64,000 nucleotides of DNA from assembly GCA_965224085.1 (NCBI GenBank), contig CBDCYI010000004.1, positions 896,001-960,000 on the forward strand, written 5' to 3'. Shown here piece by piece: positions 8,489-19,862 of this stretch. The notes under the pieces were generated by a model. It did no database searches, was not told where the DNA came from, and saw only the letters and a program-made list of their open reading frames with translations. The position numbers were made by a program, and so were the translations under genes. Position 1 is the stretch's first letter, and the number at the start of each line of letters is the position of its first letter. This DNA is from Candidatus Marinacidobacterales bacterium (GTDB lineage: Bacteria > Acidobacteriota > Vicinamibacteria > Marinacidobacterales > SMYC01).

Positions 8489-9344
8489 AGCGCTCATCGT
8501 CCGTTCCGTGCCGCTCGTTGAAGCGGTACGCCTGCTCGTCCAGGTAGCGTGACAGGTGGAAGGGCTCAACGCTCACGTAGGTTCCATGGATCGCCCGTTT
8601 CAGCAGACTCCAGAAGTTCTCAATGCCGTTGGTGTGGACACGGCCATTGACGTAGGTTATGGCATGGTTCACTGTCCCGTGAGCGTATTCACGCTCGAGG
8701 CCATTGTAGGATGCTAGCGCGTCAGAGTAGAGCGCCGAGCCTGCAGCCACGTGCTTTTTGACTTCCCGTTGGAGAGTCTTCTTCTTCCGGTTGCTGACAA
8801 CCATGGTGCGAACGATGCCCCCTCGCTCCAGCATCCCAAGAACGGCCGTCTTGTCGGATGGACCTCGCCCTGTGATTCGCCGCCGCCGCTTGTCGGCGTG
8901 CATATTCCTGGCCTTCCCACCGATGAACGTCTCATCAACCTCGACCTCGCCAACCAGTTTCTCGAATGAACCGGAATGGAGCGCGAGTCGGATACGGTGT
9001 CCCATAAACCAAGCCGTTTTCTGACAGACGCCCACCGCGCGGTGAATCTCGTAGCTGCTCACACCGTTCTTGCAGTTCACCACTAGCCAGAGGACGGGGA
9101 GCCACTTGTCGAGGCCCAAGGGGGAATCCTCAAAGATGGTCCCGGTCTTCAGAGAAAACTGTCGCCGCTGGTGTTCCTCTGAACACTTCCATCGGCGCAC
9201 CCTGGCGAGCCAGTGAACTCTCTTGGACCCGCATGTGGGGCAGGTGACGCCCTCCGGCCATCGGAGTCCGATAAGGAAATCACGGCAACGGTCGAAATCC
9301 GAGAAGTATCTGATGGCCTCCAATAAAGTCTTTGGCTGCTTCAT
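8412..9344 (-). CDS. IS1595-family (ISXO2-like) DDE transposase
   Basis: Zn ribbon CPTCG..WKC, HTH KTAWFMGHRIR, VEVDETFIGG, YSDALASY, HTNGIENFWSLLKR and YLDEQAYRFN; promoter TTGACT-N17-TATCCT from the right IR. Confidence 0.96.
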   Translation of the reverse strand: MKQPKTLLEAIRYFSDFDRCRDFLIGLRWPEGVTCPTCGSKRVHWLARVRRWKCSEEHQRRQFSLKTGTIFEDSPLGLDKWLPVLWLVVNCKNGVSSYEIHRAVGVCQKTAWFMGHRIRLALHSGSFEKLVGEVEVDETFIGGKARNMHADKRRRRITGRGPSDKTAVLGMLERGGIVRTMVVSNRKKKTLQREVKKHVAAGSALYSDALASYNGLEREYAHGTVNHAITYVNGRVHTNGIENFWSLLKRAIHGTYVSVEPFHLSRYLDEQAYRFNERHGTDDERFTRALRQAVGKRLTYLELIGQETPV

Positions 9345-10511
9345 GTTCAAAGGATAGCATTCGATGCTAGGTTAGTCAAGTCTATTATTGCCTTAATCTG
9401 AGTCTGAGTGAGCAAGCCCCGGTCACCAACCAGCACCACCTGTTGAAGCTCAAAACGCTCACGAAGCTTTTGTACTTGATCCGGCAGTGTCGTCGGATCC
9501 CCTGTGTTCCCCGGGTAGACCTCCACGGCCACGGGACGTCCTTCGTGGTCCGTTAACACTCCATAGACAACGATGGGTTTGCCCTTTTTACCATCTCGGC
9601 CGTAGCCGAAAAGAGCCAGTGGACAGGTGCGTCCTTCATAGTAGCTACTGCTCACATCGTAAAGCACCTGTGCACCCTCGGAAAGGTGTCGACTCGCCAG
9701 CTTCTTTTCGATCCGAGACTGGCGCTGGATCAACCAATCCATTGCCGCATAGAGATCATCTTCGTCCGCATCGACCACGCCGAGCTCTTGCGCCAGCGTT
9801 GTCGTGTGCCACAGTCGTGTCGTGCCCAACTTCGAGCTGGGATGAATGAGTTGCTCGGCAATCATGGCGATAACCAGATCGCGTTCGCGACATCGTTTCG
9901 ACGCGATGAGTCTATCGAGTTCCAGTTGGTGGATGGTGCCGAGCACTGCCTCGACATGGCCGTGGGGCAGTGTCCGCTGCACGACGAACACATCCGACGG
10001 AGCCATCAAGGGCTCGTCTCTCAGTAAGCGTCGCAGGGCTTCGACCTTGGCCTTGGGCCACTCCGTCAGATTGGCGATGGTGCGTTTTCGGATGCGCTTT
10101 CCCTCTCGCCAACCCTCGCGCAACAAGATGGCTGGCCGGGAGTTCCGGTTGGGAACGATGTCGACATACATGGCAACAATAATACACATAAAAAGCTTAA
10201 TATCAATATAAAACAGATCAATACATGGGAAAACTTGTGGGGCCACATTTTCTCGTTTCCCACTTAGAATCAATGAATTACACCCCGTTCTAGGTGTTTC
10301 TGTTAGGGGAACTTCTGGTTAGAGGGCGTTTCTGCGCCTGCCCGGAGCTCGGTGTCGTTCGCCCAAGCATAAACCGATCCTGCATCAGCGCCTTTCTGAG
10401 GGTCGGCTTGACCCGCTCCGCTCCTGCAGAACACGTAGTCGATCATGACGGTTCGGGCACGCGGTAGGGGTCAGCGACCCGCCGTCTGGCTCTACCACCG
10501 ATTCTGCGTGA

Positions 10512-10960
<449 letters not shown>

Positions 10961-11024
10961 CGACGAAAGCTTCGTAGGGTTCGTGTTGCCTTCGCGTCGA
11001 GGCCTGAGTCGTAGAGCACGTGGT

Positions 11025-12000
11025 TCAGGTCTTGATGGCCACACATGTTAGAAAGTCGCCAAGCTCTTTTTCGACGAGCAACTGACGGAAGCGGGCATCT
11101 GCGTGCCACCATTCGCGAAGCGTCGCATGCAGCGGGTCTGCGCTCCTGTCCCAGGTGACGTCCGTCTCCATCCGCTCGATTCGCCATCCCAAGGCCGCGA
11201 GCTCCCGGCGCACGCTATCGGCGCTGACTCGATCGATGCCGTGGTGCGAACCATCGAAATAGCCCTCCCACTCTTGGCCGAAGACTCGATGACACAAGCT
11301 ATCTGCGTTCGTCGTGTTCAAGAGCAGTACGCCTCCGGACGCCGCCACCTCCGAAAGTTTCGCGAGAACCCGGAACGTATCTCGAAAGTGCTCGAACACC
11401 GCCCAGAGGATAAAGGTACGAAAGGGACCTTTGGCGACGAGCTCGGCCGGCAACGGGTCGAGCTCCGCGTCGCAGCGAAACGCGCGACCAGGACCGAGCG
11501 TCTCGCTCGCCCGCGCCACCGCCCACTCCGAAATGTCGACGCCATAACCGTCGATGCCCCTTGCCCCGAGAGCCTCGAGAAAGCCACCGGTGGTCCGTGC
11601 GCGTACGGCTTCCGTCGAAATAAAAACAACCGCCGGAACATCGAACGTCTCCAAGATGGGCTTGCCGAGCGTCGAGACACTGCGGTAGCCATCGTCGAAA
11701 GTTACGAGGACCGCGCGGTCCGGAAGGTGCTTTCGCCTCTCGAGAGCATCGAGCCAGAGACCGAGCCCGATGGGATGGGCGTGTTTCGCGAGCACAGAAC
11801 AGTGCTCACGAAGCTCGTCCTCGCTGACGTGCAATGGCCCGAACGGAATATCGGAGGCAGCGGTGCTCCGATCGCGCACGCCGTGATAGCAAAGAACGGC
11901 GACGCCCGGAAAGCGGTCCGCAGACAGATGTCGCCCATAGTGACCGGCGCGCGCCATCGCGCGCTTCGCCAAAGCCGCAAGCCAAAGGGGTCGCCTTTGC
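11025..12000 (-). pseudogene. In-frame chimera: polysaccharide deacetylase N-half plus SAM methyltransferase C-half
   Basis: VLCYHGV..VLVTFDDGY..PAVVFIS, then GGFLEALGARGIDGYGVDISEWA..WAVFEHFRD; junction near 11590. Confidence 0.7.
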
Positions 12001-12255
12001 AAAGTATAGTTTTCCAGCGACGCCTTTGGGGCGGCGCGATAGTAGCGGACGTGAGTTAGCCCTAATCGCAAAATCTTCGAAGCACGAAAACGCGAAACAG
12101 CCGCACTGGGCGCAGGCAAGAAGCTCATGCTGGGGCACCCGCTCGCCGCCACGATAGGTGATTCTGCACGGTGTATGCAGAACCTGGAAAAGGTGCTATT
12201 CACGGGGCCAAAGACCTCAGACACGGTGACGTTTATTTGCGATTAGGGTTAGTTA

Positions 12256-13939
12256 GTTCCTGTCCAGAAACACCATAACTTGTGGTGTACGAGAGGCCTA
12301 TCGAAGATGTGGGTATTATACGTTTTCAGCCGGCACCTCGTAGGCTCGGAAGCGAATGAAAATCTTGGACGAAACGAGAGGCGAATCGTCAGCAATCCAT
12401 GGCTATAAACGCAGTAAGAGCAATCATTATTATCGTAATAGGTGCCTTGCCATTACCAACAGGTTGCAGGTGATGATGGAACTCCATACGTAGGATTTGA
12501 AAGAAGGCAATGAGCGCCATGTGCATCGGTCGAGACCAAAGACTCGTTTCAAGAACGAAATGACGCCTTCGATTCCGCAGCGAAATCGCCGTAGGCGTTG
12601 ATAGACCCAGGAACTCTTGACCATATCGGTCACCGCGAAGTGAGCCTTGGTAAAGGCAACATCTTCAACTCCCTTGCCTTTGATGGCTTCCAAGTTTGCC
12701 TTTGAAGAAAACGCGCCATCGTAGGCAACCTGGCGCGGGGCCCGTTCGTAGAGTTCGACTTGACGGTCGATCATGGTTTCCGCGAGAGTTGAATCGGACG
12801 GATTCCCATCCAAGATCACGCAATCCAAAATCATCGAGGACGAGCCACCAGTCAAACACACCTTGTGACCGTAGAGAGTCTCGCGCCGGTCTTTGCGAAT
12901 AATGTCGGTGTGTTCTTCGAAGATCGAAACGACCTTTTCCTCCGCAGGCACACGCTCTTCATCAATCACTCTACGCCGAGTTTGGTTGATGACTTTTTCG
13001 GTGAGGACGAGAAAGTGCTTAAAATCCGCGGCGATCTTCTCCGCACTCGCTCGCTTCACCGGCTCGGTCAAGCCGGACTCGTCCAACTGGTCTGCAACGC
13101 GTTGAGCGGAGCGATAGGTTTCTTCCGACACCTTCAGTAGATCTCGATAGACGCGACGCCTTTGTTCCTTATCCTTCGCGTTTAGAACTCCCAGTCGACG
13201 TCTCTTCGCTCGACGCGTTCGATTGCCGAAGACCACTACTGTACCCAGCAGTTCGCGAGTTCGGCACATGAGGCGAGTGAGAACTCGGACGCAGTCATAA
13301 AGAAGCTCGGAGTCCGTAGGAGAATGAATATTCGACTCCACTACCGTGCAGTCCACTCGTACTTTTCTTCCTTTTTCGATCGCGGTCTTCTCGGCAACAC
13401 TCACCAACTCTCGGTTGATTTTCTCCAGCGTTTCGAACTTCACGGCTTTGATGTTTGCTGCTAGGGTCGACTTCGACGGGCTCGGCTCTATGATGCCGAG
13501 CTGGCAAAACGTCCGATAGCTTCGAGAGTCTGCCAAGTGAAACGCCAGCTCCCGATAGGTGAACTGATTCAGCTGCTTGACCAACAACGCCCGGAGAACC
13601 TGCTCCGCGCTCATTCCCCCACGACCAACATCGCTCCCTGCCGATGGGGTGACCGACCTCAGGTCTTGCAGTACCAGCTCATTGAGCTTAGGATGGGCAT
13701 CGAGCAGCGATGATATCGTTTCGAGCTCGCGTGCGTGCTCCAGCTCCAGCCAGGGCTCGCGAAGGCTTGGTTGTGGGTTGATCGTTTTTCGCATTTAGGG
13801 CTGGTCTCCTTTGGAGTTAAGTCGTTTAGAATCTGCGTTTTTGTCGACTCGATACTAAACGACACTCCCTCAGAAGGCTAGCCCTAAATTTGCGATTACC
13901 CCTTTTTTCTCAACCTCTTACACCTGTCAGGACGGGTAC
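12256..13939 (-). mobile_element. ISNCY/IS5-like insertion sequence
   Basis: Ends gttcctgtcc / ggacgggtac (imperfect IR) flanked by a tagtta duplication (12250-12255, 13940-13945). Confidence 0.8.
12430..13794 (-). CDS. ISNCY-family DDE transposase
   Basis: VRVDCTVVESNIHSPTDSELL, EKVVSIFEEHTDII, YGHKVCL, YDGAF and FRCGIEGVISFLKR. Confidence 0.9.
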   Translation of the reverse strand: MRKTINPQPSLREPWLELEHARELETISSLLDAHPKLNELVLQDLRSVTPSAGSDVGRGGMSAEQVLRALLVKQLNQFTYRELAFHLADSRSYRTFCQLGIIEPSPSKSTLAANIKAVKFETLEKINRELVSVAEKTAIEKGRKVRVDCTVVESNIHSPTDSELLYDCVRVLTRLMCRTRELLGTVVVFGNRTRRAKRRRLGVLNAKDKEQRRRVYRDLLKVSEETYRSAQRVADQLDESGLTEPVKRASAEKIAADFKHFLVLTEKVINQTRRRVIDEERVPAEEKVVSIFEEHTDIIRKDRRETLYGHKVCLTGGSSSMILDCVILDGNPSDSTLAETMIDRQVELYERAPRQVAYDGAFSSKANLEAIKGKGVEDVAFTKAHFAVTDMVKSSWVYQRLRRFRCGIEGVISFLKRVFGLDRCTWRSLPSFKSYVWSSIITCNLLVMARHLLR

Positions 13940-14115
13940 TAGTTAATGGCTCCATGATACCAGGTCTCTTCCCAGATGCGAGACGGCGCGTCGTCTGGAT
14001 CAACTTCATTTTGCCCAATCAGTAACCGCGCGCTCCACCATGGGTGCGCGGCGTCGTTTGAAGCGGAGCGCCCGTGCCGCTACCATCGGGCTGCGAGGAC
14101 TCTTGGAGGACGACC

Positions 14116-15678
14116 ATGCGAAGGATCACCCCTCAAACGGCCAGCGTTCTATTCACGGTGAGCGCAACCATATGTCTGGGAGCTGCGGCTACCGCACACG
14201 CTGCCTTTCGCGTCGACGAAGCCACGATCGCCGAGATTCACGCCGCGATGAAGTCCGGAGAGCTAACCGCGCGTGGCCTCGTCGAGGTCTATCTCGAGCG
14301 CATCGCAGCCTACGATCAGAGCGGCCCAGCGATCAACGCGGTCATCCTCGTCAACCCTAACGCCATCGCTCGTGCCGAAGCGCTGGACGAGTTGTTTAGT
14401 CACTCCGGCTTGTCTGGGAGGCTCCACGGCATCCCTGTTCTGCTCAAGGACAACGTCGAGACGGGAGATATGCCGACCACGGGAGGCTCGCTCGCCCTCG
14501 AAGGCTATCGCCCCAAGGCGGACGCCTTTCTCGCGCGCAAACTCCGGGAAGCGGGTGCGGTCATCATTGCCAAAGTGAACCTGACCGAGTTTGCCGCCTC
14601 AGGAATCACGCGAAGCTCGCTTCAAGGACAAACGCTCAACCCGTATGATCTCACGCGAACACCGGGAGGCTCCAGCGGAGGTACCGGTGCCGCGGTGGCC
14701 GCGAACTTTGGCGTCGCAGGTATCGGCACCGACACCGTCAACTCCATCCGCTCCCCCTCTTCCGCAAACAACCTCGTCGGCATCCGACCAACGCGCGGGC
14801 TCGTGAGCCGCGCCGGCATCATTCCTTTCGCCCTCACTCAAGATATGGCGGGGCCGATCGCCCGTACGGTCGAAGATGCCGCGAGGGTCCTCGACGCCGT
14901 TGCCGGTTACGACCCTGACGACCCCACGACGGCGTGGAGCGTCGGGCGTATGGAGAGCTACGCACAAGCTGTCGGCACCGCTGGTTTGAAAGGAGCACGG
15001 CTCGGAGTTCTTCGCTCTTTTTTCGGCCGCGACGATATTCATCGAGACATCACTCGCGTCACGAACGAGGCGCTCGAAGCCATGCGGCGGCTCGGCGCCG
15101 AGACGGTCGAGCTCGACGTCGACCTCGATGCCGACCAGCTCATCTCCGAAGTGTCGGTCTCGGGTTACGAGCTCGACGCCCACCTGAGCGCCTATTTGAG
15201 CGCGAGCGGAACGCCTGTCCGCTCGCTGAGCGATGTCCTCGCCTCCGGTAAGTACGAGCCGATGCTCGAGGGCCTCTACCAGCGCGCGCTCACCCGAAGC
15301 GTCGACGAGCCCGCATACCAGCAGCGGCGGCGCGCGGGCCTGACACTTCGCGACCACGTTATGAAACTGATGGCTGATCATCGGCTTGACGCCCTAGTCT
15401 ACCCACACCAAAAAAGACTCGTCGTGCCCATCGGCGAGGACCAGGTCGACCGCAACGGCGTGCTCGGAGCGATCACGGGTTTTCCCGCGATAACGGTTCC
15501 CGGGGGCTTCTCGCCGAAGACCGCGAGCGCCCCACTCGGCGTACCGATCGGCGTAGAGTTTCTAGGACGACCGTTCAGCGAGCCGATCTTGATCCGCCTT
15601 GCCTCAGCGTTCGAGCACGAAACAAGGCACCGCCGCGCGCCGGCGAGCACACCGCCGCTCGCGCAGCAAGAACCGTAG
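14116..15678 (+). CDS. Secreted amidase-signature family enzyme
   Basis: LHGIPVLLKDN, GGSSGG, GIGTDTVNSIRSP; signal peptide. Confidence 0.92.
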   Translation: MRRITPQTASVLFTVSATICLGAAATAHAAFRVDEATIAEIHAAMKSGELTARGLVEVYLERIAAYDQSGPAINAVILVNPNAIARAEALDELFSHSGLSGRLHGIPVLLKDNVETGDMPTTGGSLALEGYRPKADAFLARKLREAGAVIIAKVNLTEFAASGITRSSLQGQTLNPYDLTRTPGGSSGGTGAAVAANFGVAGIGTDTVNSIRSPSSANNLVGIRPTRGLVSRAGIIPFALTQDMAGPIARTVEDAARVLDAVAGYDPDDPTTAWSVGRMESYAQAVGTAGLKGARLGVLRSFFGRDDIHRDITRVTNEALEAMRRLGAETVELDVDLDADQLISEVSVSGYELDAHLSAYLSASGTPVRSLSDVLASGKYEPMLEGLYQRALTRSVDEPAYQQRRRAGLTLRDHVMKLMADHRLDALVYPHQKRLVVPIGEDQVDRNGVLGAITGFPAITVPGGFSPKTASAPLGVPIGVEFLGRPFSEPILIRLASAFEHETRHRRAPASTPPLAQQEP

Positions 15679-15701
15679 GGCGTTCACCCTCCTGCACGCG
15701 C

Positions 15702-16454
15702 TTACGGCATGAAGCGTCCGCCGTTCACATGCACGGTCTGGCCGGTGATATAGACGTCCCGCGGATCGCTGAACGCAAGCACGACGCGGGCGACATCCTC
15801 GCTCGTACCCACGGGGCGGCCGCGTTCGAGCTCCCCGAGATGCGGGTTCGATTGGCCGGGCCGCCGCTCGGTATCGATCAGCCCCGGCACGACGGCATTC
15901 GCCCGGATGCGACCGAGCCCCTCCTCCGCCAAGGCTCGGGTGAGACCCATCAACCCGCTCTTGGCAGCAATCACGTGCGCCCGGTCCTTTTGGGGGCGAT
16001 GGGAACTCAGACCTCCGACATTGATGATGGCGCCTTGCCGCGACACGGGAAGCCTCCGGAAGAGCTCCCGCGAAGTGAGAAAAGCGCCGGTAAGTACGGT
16101 GGCGATCACTGCGTTCCAAGACGCGAGGCTGAGCTCGGTGAAGGACTCATGGGGCCTCGTCGCGGCACCGTTCACGAGCACCGAAGGCGGCCCGAAACGG
16201 TCTGCAATACGCTCGTAGAGCTCGACGACCGCGCCTTCATCAGCCACGTCGAGCAACGTGCTCATCGCGTCGACGCCGCTTGGATCCAGACGGTCGAGCG
16301 CTGCTTCGAGCTGCTCTGAATCGGCGCGCGCGACGATGCAAACGCGGGCGCCGGCGCTTCGAAACGCTTCCGCGATCGCGAGCCCGATGTTGCGGCTGCC
16401 TCCGGTGACAAGCGCCACCTGACCACTGAGGTCGACGTCGACGTCGAAGCCCAC
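15702..16454 (-). CDS. SDR family oxidoreductase
   Basis: VTGGSRNIG, LVNGA, HVIAAK (His in place of the catalytic Tyr), ITGQTVHVNGG. Confidence 0.9.
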   Translation of the reverse strand: MGFDVDVDLSGQVALVTGGSRNIGLAIAEAFRSAGARVCIVARADSEQLEAALDRLDPSGVDAMSTLLDVADEGAVVELYERIADRFGPPSVLVNGAATRPHESFTELSLASWNAVIATVLTGAFLTSRELFRRLPVSRQGAIINVGGLSSHRPQKDRAHVIAAKSGLMGLTRALAEEGLGRIRANAVVPGLIDTERRPGQSNPHLGELERGRPVGTSEDVARVVLAFSDPRDVYITGQTVHVNGGRFMP

Positions 16455-16455
16455 T

Positions 16456-17901
16456 CTATTCCCTCCGCCCTGCGAGCAGACTCGTCAGCTCGCCGACGGA
16501 GGCGAGCTCTTCGAGACGCTTCACGGCGTCGATGACCGGCTCGATCCGATCGGCTCGAAACCCAGCAAAGCCCGCGCACTCTCGAAACTTTTCGGCGACC
16601 TCGTCGTAGCTCATCGGGTTCGATGGGCTGCCCTTGCCGAAGTCGGCACTTCCTGTGATGTGACGACCGTCCGCGAGATGGATATCGAGGATCGTGGTCA
16701 TCTTGTCGTAGCCGGCGTCTTCAGCTGCCGGATGGACGCCAAAGTGTATCTTTCGAATCATGTCCTGCACGTCGCCGCGATGGACGACCTCGTCGACGAA
16801 CTCTCTCAGACCGCCTCGGCGCTCGAGCAGCAAGATCGCCATACAAAACTCCATCGAGAACTTTGCTTGGAGCTCGGTCTCAGGCCGGTGGTGGATGAGC
16901 GCGTTAGGCATGTTGTGATTGGTACCTACGTCAACATGCTCGACGTTCGCTGGATCGATGTCGTGCTCGACAATGAGCTCGAGCAGCTTCGTCATCCCCG
17001 GATGCGTGAGAGAGCCTGAAGGATGCGGTTTGATGGAAATGCCGGGATCCATAAAGGTCCATGGGGTTCCGAGCTTCCCTTCCATCGCCTCGAGCGCGTA
17101 GCCCCCCCCATGCGCCTGAAAAAATCCGCGCGGCGATTCGAGGATGCGATCGGTCGCTGTCCATCCGCTCCGCGCGAGATCGGCAGCGAGCACGCCGGAC
17201 TCCGCTGCGCGGCCCGCGTGAAACGGCTTGGTCATAGTGCCGAAATTCTCCCGCAAGCCCGCCGATTGACTCGCTGCGATGGCCATCGCGTGTAAGCTCG
17301 GCTCGAGCGCGAGCCCGTAGAGCTTGGACGCGGCAGCGGCCGCGGCGAGCGTGCCGCATGTCGCCGTGGAGTGGAACCCGTGCTGATAGTGGCGCGGCGA
17401 CATCGCTTCGGAGATTTTGGTCTCCACTTCCACTCCGAGATGGTATGCCAGCACGAGGTCGCGTCCTGACCGATCGGCTGCCTCCGCGATGGCGAGCGCC
17501 GCGGGCAGGCAAGGCGCGGTAGGATGAGTCAACAGACCATAGACCCGATCGGCGCCGACCGCGAGCTGTGTGTCGTCGTAGTCGTCCGCGTGCATGCCAA
17601 TGCCGTTCGCGAAGGCCGCGAATCGAGGCGACACTTTGAGCGCGGAACCGATAACCGTTGCGTCGCCCACAATGTCTTGCGAGCTCAAATAGTCCTGAAC
17701 GAGGCGTCCGCTTGAAGCGACAGAGCCGGAAAGCGCGAGCCCGAGGCCGTCGAGGATGGATTTTCGGCCGAGTTCAATGAGCTCCTCAGGCAAGTCCTTG
17801 AATTCCGTCCCCGTAATGAACCCGCACACTTCTCTCGTGAGGCCCTCTCCGCGCCGCGAGTTTATGTCGGGGGTAAAATGCTCGATTTTCGATGACATCA
17901 C
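16456..17901 (-). CDS. MmgE/PrpD family protein
   Basis: AAFANG..HADDYDDT, GFHSTAT, NFGTMTKPFHAG, QAKFSM and KGSPSNPM. Confidence 0.92.
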   Translation of the reverse strand: MMSSKIEHFTPDINSRRGEGLTREVCGFITGTEFKDLPEELIELGRKSILDGLGLALSGSVASSGRLVQDYLSSQDIVGDATVIGSALKVSPRFAAFANGIGMHADDYDDTQLAVGADRVYGLLTHPTAPCLPAALAIAEAADRSGRDLVLAYHLGVEVETKISEAMSPRHYQHGFHSTATCGTLAAAAAASKLYGLALEPSLHAMAIAASQSAGLRENFGTMTKPFHAGRAAESGVLAADLARSGWTATDRILESPRGFFQAHGGGYALEAMEGKLGTPWTFMDPGISIKPHPSGSLTHPGMTKLLELIVEHDIDPANVEHVDVGTNHNMPNALIHHRPETELQAKFSMEFCMAILLLERRGGLREFVDEVVHRGDVQDMIRKIHFGVHPAAEDAGYDKMTTILDIHLADGRHITGSADFGKGSPSNPMSYDEVAEKFRECAGFAGFRADRIEPVIDAVKRLEELASVGELTSLLAGRRE

Positions 17902-17918
17902 TACCTCTTCTAGAATGC

Positions 17919-19409
17919 TCAGTGCGACTGAGCATTAGTCACCAGCGCACGAATGGGACGAAACAGAATACTGCCTGCCGCAAGGAGGAACAAAGCGAGC
18001 GCCACCGGGCGCGACAAAAAACCTGTCAAATCCTGGTCGAAAAGGATCATCGATTGCGCGAGCGACGTCTCCACCAAACGCCCGAGAACGAGCCCCATGA
18101 TGATGGGCGCCGCGCCGAAGCCGAAGCGTTTGAGTGCAAAGCCCAGCAGTCCCGCCGCGAGCATGATCCAAACATCGACCATAGACTGCTCGACACCGTA
18201 AGCCCCCACAACACACAGCACGAACACGGCCGGCCAGAGAAGCGTCTTCGGCACGAGACTGATTCGGGCGAAGAGCTTCGCTCCCCCGAGCCCGATGACG
18301 AGAAAGAGCACGTTAGCGAGCAGCATGGAGATGAAGATCCCGTAGAGAAGGCTCGGTTGCTCCTCGAAAAGATAGGGGCCCGGGCGCAAACCGTGGACTT
18401 GAAGACCGCCCATGATCACGGCCGCCGTCGCGCTCCCTGGAATGCCGAGCGCAAGCGTCGGCACCATGGCGCCTCCCGTTGCTGCGTTGTTGGCGGCCTC
18501 CGGGCCAGCGATTCCTTCGAGAGCGCCCGTTCCGAAAGCCTCAGGCTCCTTCGACCACCGCTTCGCCTCGTTGTAGCCGATCATTGCGGCCATGGTGCTG
18601 CCTTCCGCGGGCAACACACCGACGAACGTTCCGATGAAGCTCGAGCGCAGAATCGTCCCTCTGACCTTACGAAAATCTTCGAGGGACGGAAGGCGCGTCG
18701 CAGAGACGCCGACGCTTTCGACGCTTTCGACGCTCGCGCCAAGGTCTTGCGCTTGGCTCAGCGCTTCGGTAACTGCGAACAAGCCAATGAGCACGGGAAC
18801 GAAGTGGATCCCGTCGTAAAGATCCGGAACCCCGAAGACGAAGCGCTCGACGCCGGTGGTCAAGTCGACCCCCACGGTCGCGATCAGCAAGCCCAGGCAT
18901 CCGCCGATAAGATTCTTGAGCGGAGCCTCGCCACCGATCGACGAGAGCATCGAGAGTCCAAACACCGCGAGCGCGAAATACTCCGGCGGTCCGAAACCAT
19001 ACGCCATGCGGGCGAGAAGGGGTGCGGCAAAGAGCAAGACCAGCACACTAAAAATTCCCCCAACCGCGGACGCGAGCGCCGCCATCCCGAGCGCTCTCCC
19101 CGCTTCTCCTCGGCGCGCCATCGGATATCCATCGAACGCTGTCGCCGCGGCCGGTGGTGCACCCGGGGCGTTGATCAAGATCGCCGTAATCGATCCACCG
19201 AACGTCCCCGCGCAATACAAAGCAGAGAGAAGTGCTATCGCGGGGACGGGCTCCAGATAGAGCGAGAACGGCAGAAGAAGCGCGACAGCCATCGAGGACG
19301 AGAGCCCGGGAAGCGCACCGACGAGAACACCGCCGATCGTTCCGAAAACGATGAGACCGAGGACGACAGGGTCCCTCACCAGCGCGAACGTGAGTCCTAG
19401 ATCCGGCAC
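17919..19409 (-). CDS. tctA: Tripartite tricarboxylate transporter large permease
   Basis: [37 protein letters not shown] and LALGIPGS. Confidence 0.93.
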   Translation of the reverse strand: MPDLGLTFALVRDPVVLGLIVFGTIGGVLVGALPGLSSSMAVALLLPFSLYLEPVPAIALLSALYCAGTFGGSITAILINAPGAPPAAATAFDGYPMARRGEAGRALGMAALASAVGGIFSVLVLLFAAPLLARMAYGFGPPEYFALAVFGLSMLSSIGGEAPLKNLIGGCLGLLIATVGVDLTTGVERFVFGVPDLYDGIHFVPVLIGLFAVTEALSQAQDLGASVESVESVGVSATRLPSLEDFRKVRGTILRSSFIGTFVGVLPAEGSTMAAMIGYNEAKRWSKEPEAFGTGALEGIAGPEAANNAATGGAMVPTLALGIPGSATAAVIMGGLQVHGLRPGPYLFEEQPSLLYGIFISMLLANVLFLVIGLGGAKLFARISLVPKTLLWPAVFVLCVVGAYGVEQSMVDVWIMLAAGLLGFALKRFGFGAAPIIMGLVLGRLVETSLAQSMILFDQDLTGFLSRPVALALFLLAAGSILFRPIRALVTNAQSH

Positions 19410-19414
19410 TCCCT

Positions 19415-19861
19415 CTACCAGACAACGCCGCTCGGAAAGCGCATACCGAGCGCGAGAACGAAGACAACATAGACGGCCAGAGGAAGACCCAACGCGAGAC
19501 CCGCGATCCGAAAGGCGTTGCGCTCGCCCCAATAGAGCGACAGACCCATCGACACGAGAAACACCGTCGCCAGCATGCCCAAATACGGCACGAGCGCCAC
19601 GGCGATCGTAAAGATGCCGGCGGTCAAGTAGACGGGCCGCTCGAGCGGGGCCGCCGGTTCGTCGCGCTTGTTCCTCGACACGGCGACGAGCGCCAGGCTC
19701 AAGAGCGCGAGGGCTACCAGAACAACGCGCGGAAAGAAAGTCGGCGGCACGTTCTGGGAGAGCATCGCCGGCACGTCGCGAAACGTCGTTGTGTTGTAGA
19801 ACGCGGCGCCGCAGAATAGGAGAAGCGCGGCTCCGGCTCCGACGTCTCGAGAAAGCTGCAC
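19415..19861 (-). CDS. tctB: Tripartite tricarboxylate transporter small permease
   Basis: Four TM segments, PTFFPR, ends FVLALGMRFPSG; lies between tctC and tctA. Confidence 0.85.
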   Translation of the reverse strand: MQLSRDVGAGAALLLFCGAAFYNTTTFRDVPAMLSQNVPPTFFPRVVLVALALLSLALVAVSRNKRDEPAAPLERPVYLTAGIFTIAVALVPYLGMLATVFLVSMGLSLYWGERNAFRIAGLALGLPLAVYVVFVLALGMRFPSGVVW

Positions 19862-19862
19862 G

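Larger units (their letters stand above)
6655..9392 (-). mobile_element. IS1595-family element with passenger genes (element A), 2738 bp
   Basis: Perfect 27-bp IRs ggcaataatagacttgactaacctagc (6655-6681, 9366-9392) and an 8-bp TSD ttaatctg (6647-6654, 9393-9400). Confidence 0.96.
5698..10171 (-). pseudogene. IS1634 DDE transposase split by an insertion
   Basis: Removing 6655-9400 rejoins LLTQTQIK-ALRQYPGLGWISALRS in frame (575 aa). Motifs LYDVSSSY, VGDRG, YKRLSQVEQAFRCLK and RVRAHIFLCLLAY. Confidence 0.92.
5639..10322 (-). mobile_element. IS1634-family element interrupted by an IS1595-family element
   Basis: Imperfect IRs ttagccggaagttccc (5639-5654) and gggaacttctggttag (10307-10322); IHF-like aatcaatgaatta near 10268; no TSD recognised. 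Confidence 0.85.

Noticed and set aside
12271-12284. NrdR-like caccataacttgtg near the ISNCY end
   Set aside because: Single site with three mismatches to the consensus.
17892-19400. Long antisense ORFs (502 aa here; also 48520-50157, 55573-57201, 30634-31653)
   Set aside because: Shadows of real genes on the opposite strand, expected from high-GC codon bias.
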